From a virus, in IMG/VR virus record IMGVR_UViG_3300021376_000029, positions 1-64,000 of that record: DNA of 64,000 nucleotides; one strand, written 5' to 3'. The notes under the pieces were generated by a model. The model saw nothing but the letters and a program-made list of their open reading frames with translations, made no database searches and had not been told where the DNA came from. Of this stretch, positions 59,901 to 64,000 are shown one piece after another (the stretch's first letter is position 1; the number at the start of each line of letters is the position of its first letter). The position numbers and the translations under genes are program-made.

Positions 59901-62900
59901 TATCTGTATTTGTTGCATTGATGACAAAAGTTGGGAATGCAGGAGCAATTGCAGCAAAAGCAGTATCAATAATTTCCTGTCTGTTTAGTTGGATTAATCG
60001 GTAACCATCCTTAAATCTAGATACAGCAGTTGTTTGTGGATCACCAGGATAGGAAAAATCTGGATGTTGAACTGCAATTTCAGCAGCAGCACGGTCAATA
60101 ATTTCTCGTCTATTTTGCTGGATTAATCTATAAGAATCTTTGAACCTACTTTTATCAGTAGTTTGAGGATCATTAGGATAATAAAAATCAGGGAATAAAA
60201 CAGAAATTTCTGCATTTGCACGATCTACAATTTCTTGTTTATTTGCAGAAATCAAAGCACTAGCATCACGATGTCTATTAGCACTAACTATTGTAGATAC
60301 ACCAGAAGTTGTCCAGATACCAGTATTTCTAATTGGTAAAGTGATTCCAGATGGATTTGCTAATTTTGTAGTTAAAATGCCGACTAAATTATCAACCGTA
60401 TTCTGAACATCAGCACACACACCAGGATCATTATTAGTCAAATATCCATTAGGATTATTGAATAATACCGTAAATGTATTTGAAGAGTTTACAGAATAAA
60501 TTTCAAACTTATCATTGAAGTTTATATTGCCAGATGGTGTTACACCTGAGATATGAACATATAAATCTGTTGGATAAGTTACACCTGAATAAGTATATGC
60601 ATATCCATGATCTCCTACTGTAGTTATAGTAGCAAGATTGTTTACATATGATATATCTGAAATATTTCTCAATTCATATGGTTCTTGGAAAATCTCATTT
60701 ATTGCTAATAATATAGAAGTATTTTTTATATTTTCTGGGAATGTTCCGTCTTGAGTAGTTAATGGGTAATTAGTTTTAACATTATCAAAAGTATTTGAAA
60801 TATCAGTCAGTTTAACTGCTTCTACTTGATTATCTAAGAAATTCAAAAGACTAGCTCCCAGACCTTCTATTTTCTGGGTCAATGCAGTATTTACAATTTG
60901 AACTTCATATTTTCTATAACTTAACTGAGATTCTACAGTTATGCCACTTACTGGTATAACAATTACTGAATTTGCACTATAATCTCTCGGCAGAGTAACA
61001 CTTCCAGAACCAGTGAGACCAGAATTGGTAATGCTAGAAAAATTTTCAACAGATACTTCACCAAAAAGTTTGAATCCAAGAGGATGAAGACTCTTATCAA
61101 CAATTGACTTATAATCTCTTAATGACTTTGTACTTCTTATTACATAGGAAAAATCCTGATAATATCTACTGTCAATTATTTTTTGTGATGATGCATTCAG
61201 TTTTCCAAGATCACTGTCAAAAAATCCTACTCTACTTAAATAACCAGAAATATTTCCAAAAATATCAGCAAGTTTAACTTCATGAATTTTTGATGTAGTT
61301 TGTCTGATGGATCCCGTTAAAATAGTATCAGCAAGTAGGACTCCAGTTAATAACTTAACATCAAGTAAATATGAGTTATTTCCTATTTTTTGTGTTGCAT
61401 CTACTCGCACAACAGCACCATTTGATGCAGTCAAAAATTCAGAATTGCTGTAAATTTGATTAGATAAATTTGTTATAATTAATTTATAATTAAGTATTAA
61501 TTGCTTCTGTAATGTTCTATCAGAACTATACTGTGTTCCATAGTTGGCAAATCTTGTAGTCTTTACTTTTGCTATTGTATTGCTAATTGGAAAGATTTCT
61601 GGATTTGTATCAACAGCAAGGATATAATCATTATTAGTATAATTTCTACCACCATTGGTAACTTCTACAGAAACTATTCTACCATTAACTATTGTTGGTT
61701 TTATTATAGCGCCAGAACCCGTAGAACTGATAACTTTTAATATAGTATTAGAAGAATATCTTCTTCCTTGATTTAATACTGAAATATTGTTGGTTAAAGA
61801 ACCAGAAGAAAGAGAATATGTAAATTTAGCGTTATCAAGATCAGAATGAATTATACCTTCAACTAAAGGAAGTTTTTTATATCCTTCGCCACCATCAATA
61901 TTTTTTATTTTTGAAATTTTACCTATAGATGATATTGATGTAGTAGTGTAAGAAACATTGCTATAAGATAAACTTTCAAGTTGCGATGAAATACTAAATT
62001 TAAACTTAGTAGGAGATATAACATCAATTACATGAGAACTAATAAAATAATTATCTCTAATATTAAAGTATGTTTTATTGTTTTCAATTCTATTAGTTTT
62101 ATCAAAATAATAAACTCTTGAAATAGAATTTATATTAAAGATTGAATAATTTATAGTAATTGTAGATCCAGAAACTCCTGGTGTACCTGATCTAACAATA
62201 TTAGGTATAGCACTAATATTGCTTGAATCTTCGCTAAAAGACATAACATTACCAAAATTACTTCCATCACTTATATCAAATACATAAGTGCTACCTCTAA
62301 TCATGTCTAGAGACAAATCTCTGACATAATAATTTCCTGTATTTGTTGGATCTATTTCCCAATAAATTTTTTTGGGAGTAACTGATGATATTGTTATCTG
62401 TCTTGCACTAGGAGTAGATGAATCTGATACTACACTAGTATTAATGATAGTACCTGATAAGATTTTAACTTCTATTTTAGAATTAAGCTTATCAATACTA
62501 TAAATTGTTCCAGAAATTCCAGATGAAATTAAAGAATTTCCAATTTGAATGTTATAATCATTTTGAAAATCGGGAATGTATAATTTTACACTATTTGTTG
62601 CAGCATGTAATCTCAAAGGAGAATTTAATTGTGCTCTACTAACTGTAAACTGATTATTAGTATAATTGATACTAATAATTCTCATAATTTCATCATTAAT
62701 TAAAATATAATCATTATTTCTATATTGAGAGGCATTAATAACGTTAATTGTAGACTGATTCAAAGATACATCAACATCAAGAGTTGTTGTAATGTTAGGT
62801 TTTGTATAATGTATTGTTTGATATGTACCTACTCTTACTTTAAATGTTTTGGTTGTTTGTAAAACATTATTATCAATATTTAAAATTACAGAATCTCTGT

Positions 62901-63999
62901 TTGATAATAGATGTGGTTGAGTAGTAGTAACAATGGCTTCATAAGGAATAGAATATTGAGGAGCACTAATTTTAGTTGGGTATGGAAATTGAGAAATGCC
63001 ATTTGTAATAGTAACACCAGAGGCAGTATATCCAGAAAGAACTGCATAAGTAACAGAACTCACAGTAACACCAAATATAGATTCAATACTAGCTAAAGAA
63101 CCAGAACCTTCAGTATTATCGCTGTTAATAAAAAGAAAATCATTAACTTTATAATCAGAACTTGAATTTGAACAAATATATGAATCTACAGATCCTCTTT
63201 CAACGCTATTAATTAAAATTCGTGCATCAAATCCCTTATTTGGTGTATTTAAAGTTCTTATTCTTTTTGCGTCTTGTGGTAAATTAGATTCAATTTGATT
63301 GTGTGATATAGTATTGTTTAATTTTGATGGTACTGAATTATAATTTTTTCCTATAATATAAGGGAATATTCCTTCACCAAAAGGATCAACTGATATAAAA
63401 TATGCATAAGTTCCATTCGGAAACTCAGGAGTCTTGCAAAAACGACCATTATTTTCATCTAAATCTCCAAGAGCAGAAACAAAATCATAGTCTTCAATAA
63501 ATGCTCCAAATGGATACTCAGAAACACTAGGACGATTTGATGTAGTAGTATTCAACGAATAACTACTCACCATTCTTCTTATAGTAGAAACACTGGCAGG
63601 GTTAGTATAACCATATGGACCATAAATTGGATTTCCATCATACGCCCATCCTAAAATAGGAGAATGACTAAAATTAGAATCTATTTCAGCATAATCAAAA
63701 GAAGGACCCTTAACATTATCATTTAATTCACTTCTAAGTAATTTTGGGTTAAGTGCATATGCATATTGCAATCCATAACGAACATCTGCACTATTATACA
63801 AGTAACCATTACCACCATCAACCCTTTTATTTTGAGATAACTGCCATTGTCCAGAAGTATTTCTGACATATTTTAATTTAAATACTCTATCATAATTCCA
63901 TCTTCTTACTTTTGCTGTTGCCTGTACTCCAGTACCATTTGATATTAAAGAAATTCTAATATTACTTCTATTTGAATAGTCAATTCCACCAGATATCAC
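56920..63999 (-). CDS. gp7: Baseplate wedge initiator (giant, 5' end outside the window)
   Basis: HSPILGWAYDGNPIYGPYG, IIDSRYYQDFSYVI...HPLGFKLFGE; directly upstream of gp8; ORF open to the window edge. Confidence 0.85.
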   Translation of the reverse strand: MISGGIDYSNRSNIRISLISNGTGVQATAKVRRWNYDRVFKLKYVRNTSGQWQLSQNKRVDGGNGYLYNSADVRYGLQYAYALNPKLLRSELNDNVKGPSFDYAEIDSNFSHSPILGWAYDGNPIYGPYGYTNPASVSTIRRMVSSYSLNTTTSNRPSVSEYPFGAFIEDYDFVSALGDLDENNGRFCKTPEFPNGTYAYFISVDPFGEGIFPYIIGKNYNSVPSKLNNTISHNQIESNLPQDAKRIRTLNTPNKGFDARILINSVERGSVDSYICSNSSSDYKVNDFLFINSDNTEGSGSLASIESIFGVTVSSVTYAVLSGYTASGVTITNGISQFPYPTKISAPQYSIPYEAIVTTTQPHLLSNRDSVILNIDNNVLQTTKTFKVRVGTYQTIHYTKPNITTTLDVDVSLNQSTINVINASQYRNNDYILINDEIMRIISINYTNNQFTVSRAQLNSPLRLHAATNSVKLYIPDFQNDYNIQIGNSLISSGISGTIYSIDKLNSKIEVKILSGTIINTSVVSDSSTPSARQITISSVTPKKIYWEIDPTNTGNYYVRDLSLDMIRGSTYVFDISDGSNFGNVMSFSEDSSNISAIPNIVRSGTPGVSGSTITINYSIFNINSISRVYYFDKTNRIENNKTYFNIRDNYFISSHVIDVISPTKFKFSISSQLESLSYSNVSYTTTSISSIGKISKIKNIDGGEGYKKLPLVEGIIHSDLDNAKFTYSLSSGSLTNNISVLNQGRRYSSNTILKVISSTGSGAIIKPTIVNGRIVSVEVTNGGRNYTNNDYILAVDTNPEIFPISNTIAKVKTTRFANYGTQYSSDRTLQKQLILNYKLIITNLSNQIYSNSEFLTASNGAVVRVDATQKIGNNSYLLDVKLLTGVLLADTILTGSIRQTTSKIHEVKLADIFGNISGYLSRVGFFDSDLGKLNASSQKIIDSRYYQDFSYVIRSTKSLRDYKSIVDKSLHPLGFKLFGEVSVENFSSITNSGLTGSGSVTLPRDYSANSVIVIPVSGITVESQLSYRKYEVQIVNTALTQKIEGLGASLLNFLDNQVEAVKLTDISNTFDNVKTNYPLTTQDGTFPENIKNTSILLAINEIFQEPYELRNISDISYVNNLATITTVGDHGYAYTYSGVTYPTDLYVHISGVTPSGNINFNDKFEIYSVNSSNTFTVLFNNPNGYLTNNDPGVCADVQNTVDNLVGILTTKLANPSGITLPIRNTGIWTTSGVSTIVSANRHRDASALISANKQEIVDRANAEISVLFPDFYYPNDPQTTDKSRFKDSYRLIQQNRREIIDRAAAEIAVQHPDFSYPGDPQTTAVSRFKDGYRLIQLNRQEIIDTAFAAIAPAFPTFVINATNTDKCKRDIGIFIDSVSLDIAQAGGNVYSRQFVLSYFNNGSPITNGLVGEEAQSVLAFNKARDEMKKAVANQLTIKDLTITSGAANYGGTGGNVSNTSPTACSDIQTAITNLTLIITSHITAGNVTGLPAESVSTTVPAGEAKCKRDIGIFIDAVSLDVHVGSNRYVIEFLKQYFNATGTSLTSNGLQGEIAESITAFNKARDVMKLAITNQLFTKDLTITADPLPASGVSSNTNPTSCTNVRNNIDILSGIVTFHLNQGSLTYPTPIPAVSSGTTASGETKCKRDIGIIVDAVVLDLFYGGNSNILDATNSYLTTSGNTLISNGVQGEVSESIVAFNKAKNMMKLALANQLYVKDFNILPDFLGTSDTILSSRLTNAKVIKGQFEFNTTNNTLRMYEPPKEGSTFYSVLYKLTNSSDDIRYSYKLKNILFDGVTKEFNLYKLDGANLVTEQDENLLIFVDGVLQIYGESYIINRSVYPNKIVFYESFDASRNFFGYSFSKYKMLNNISDQFNDRQTVFELKYQDDIIKLPDVHQLLILLDGVPQNENDTYTISDNILTFKEAPTKGKKCNLLYFYGKTFDKTISIWNGKVFEDIHYIGENTIDGCRYLKKVNQTYEYLKPGDLIKIQGETPKELISIEQNVLEQGDDLLYTAFVYTDNSYIKGKNAVATAVVSGVAVSGANPVSVSGTTSISGTVSIPSVYNNLITRIDVNNGGMEYETAPIVLFKPACGNPGTGAEAYSTIENGRVVSVTITNPGSGYTTAPEIIFAKRYELIRKKPVYDFKDIIIDMKANDGIALLTSAGLTGSTAIGSEEKYEIPVIQTSISSTKVTTIETENRTNRDVSRPALAYVLNTFEENKFKYEPLNINDPLSSYLGTNVNIENVSRYAPNLTIADFVNRPGSTTGASDNIIINYGEDSYISFGLTLASGITDLDQTILISGNTYNLPPSGYIEFGDETIFYSSIFSGQLLNCQRGVLNTSSTSHNQGDYMRLAWRG
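58815..60435 (-). repeat. Three phycobiliprotein/globin-like helical repeats inside gp7
   Basis: Three 43-aa units (129 bp period) followed by three KCKRDIG units (417 bp period). Confidence 0.8.
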
Positions 64000-64000
64000 G

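Overview
This is 64 kb of a T4-like myovirus, most likely a cyanophage (Kyanoviridae-type), and almost every gene is on the minus strand. From the right end the order is: baseplate and fibre genes (partial gp7, gp8, a VrlC/DUF4815 protein, several giant structural proteins); an AT-rich island with a flavin-dependent halogenase-like gene and five 2OG-Fe(II) oxygenases; neck, terminase, tail and head genes (gp13-gp23, gp3); then uvsY, uvsW, gp55, gp47, gp46, gp45 and gp44. T4-type late promoters (TATAAATA/TAAATA), three sigma70-like promoter sites and several intrinsic terminators are visible. The most striking observation is an insert in gp7 of three nested phycobiliprotein-like units. Each keeps KCKRDIG (cf. 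phycocyanin alpha KCARDIG, the bilin-binding Cys84 site) and a second Cys resembling the beta-153/155 site, which raises the possibility of a bilin-binding virion. Other leads are a possible virion-modification system (the halogenase/oxygenase island next to a fibre with a Trp/Tyr-rich segment), a cupredoxin-like site in that fibre, a mosaic A-B-A-A-B-A-A repeat array, and a self-contained glycosyltransferase cassette. All homology calls come from motif recognition by eye; no searches were run.
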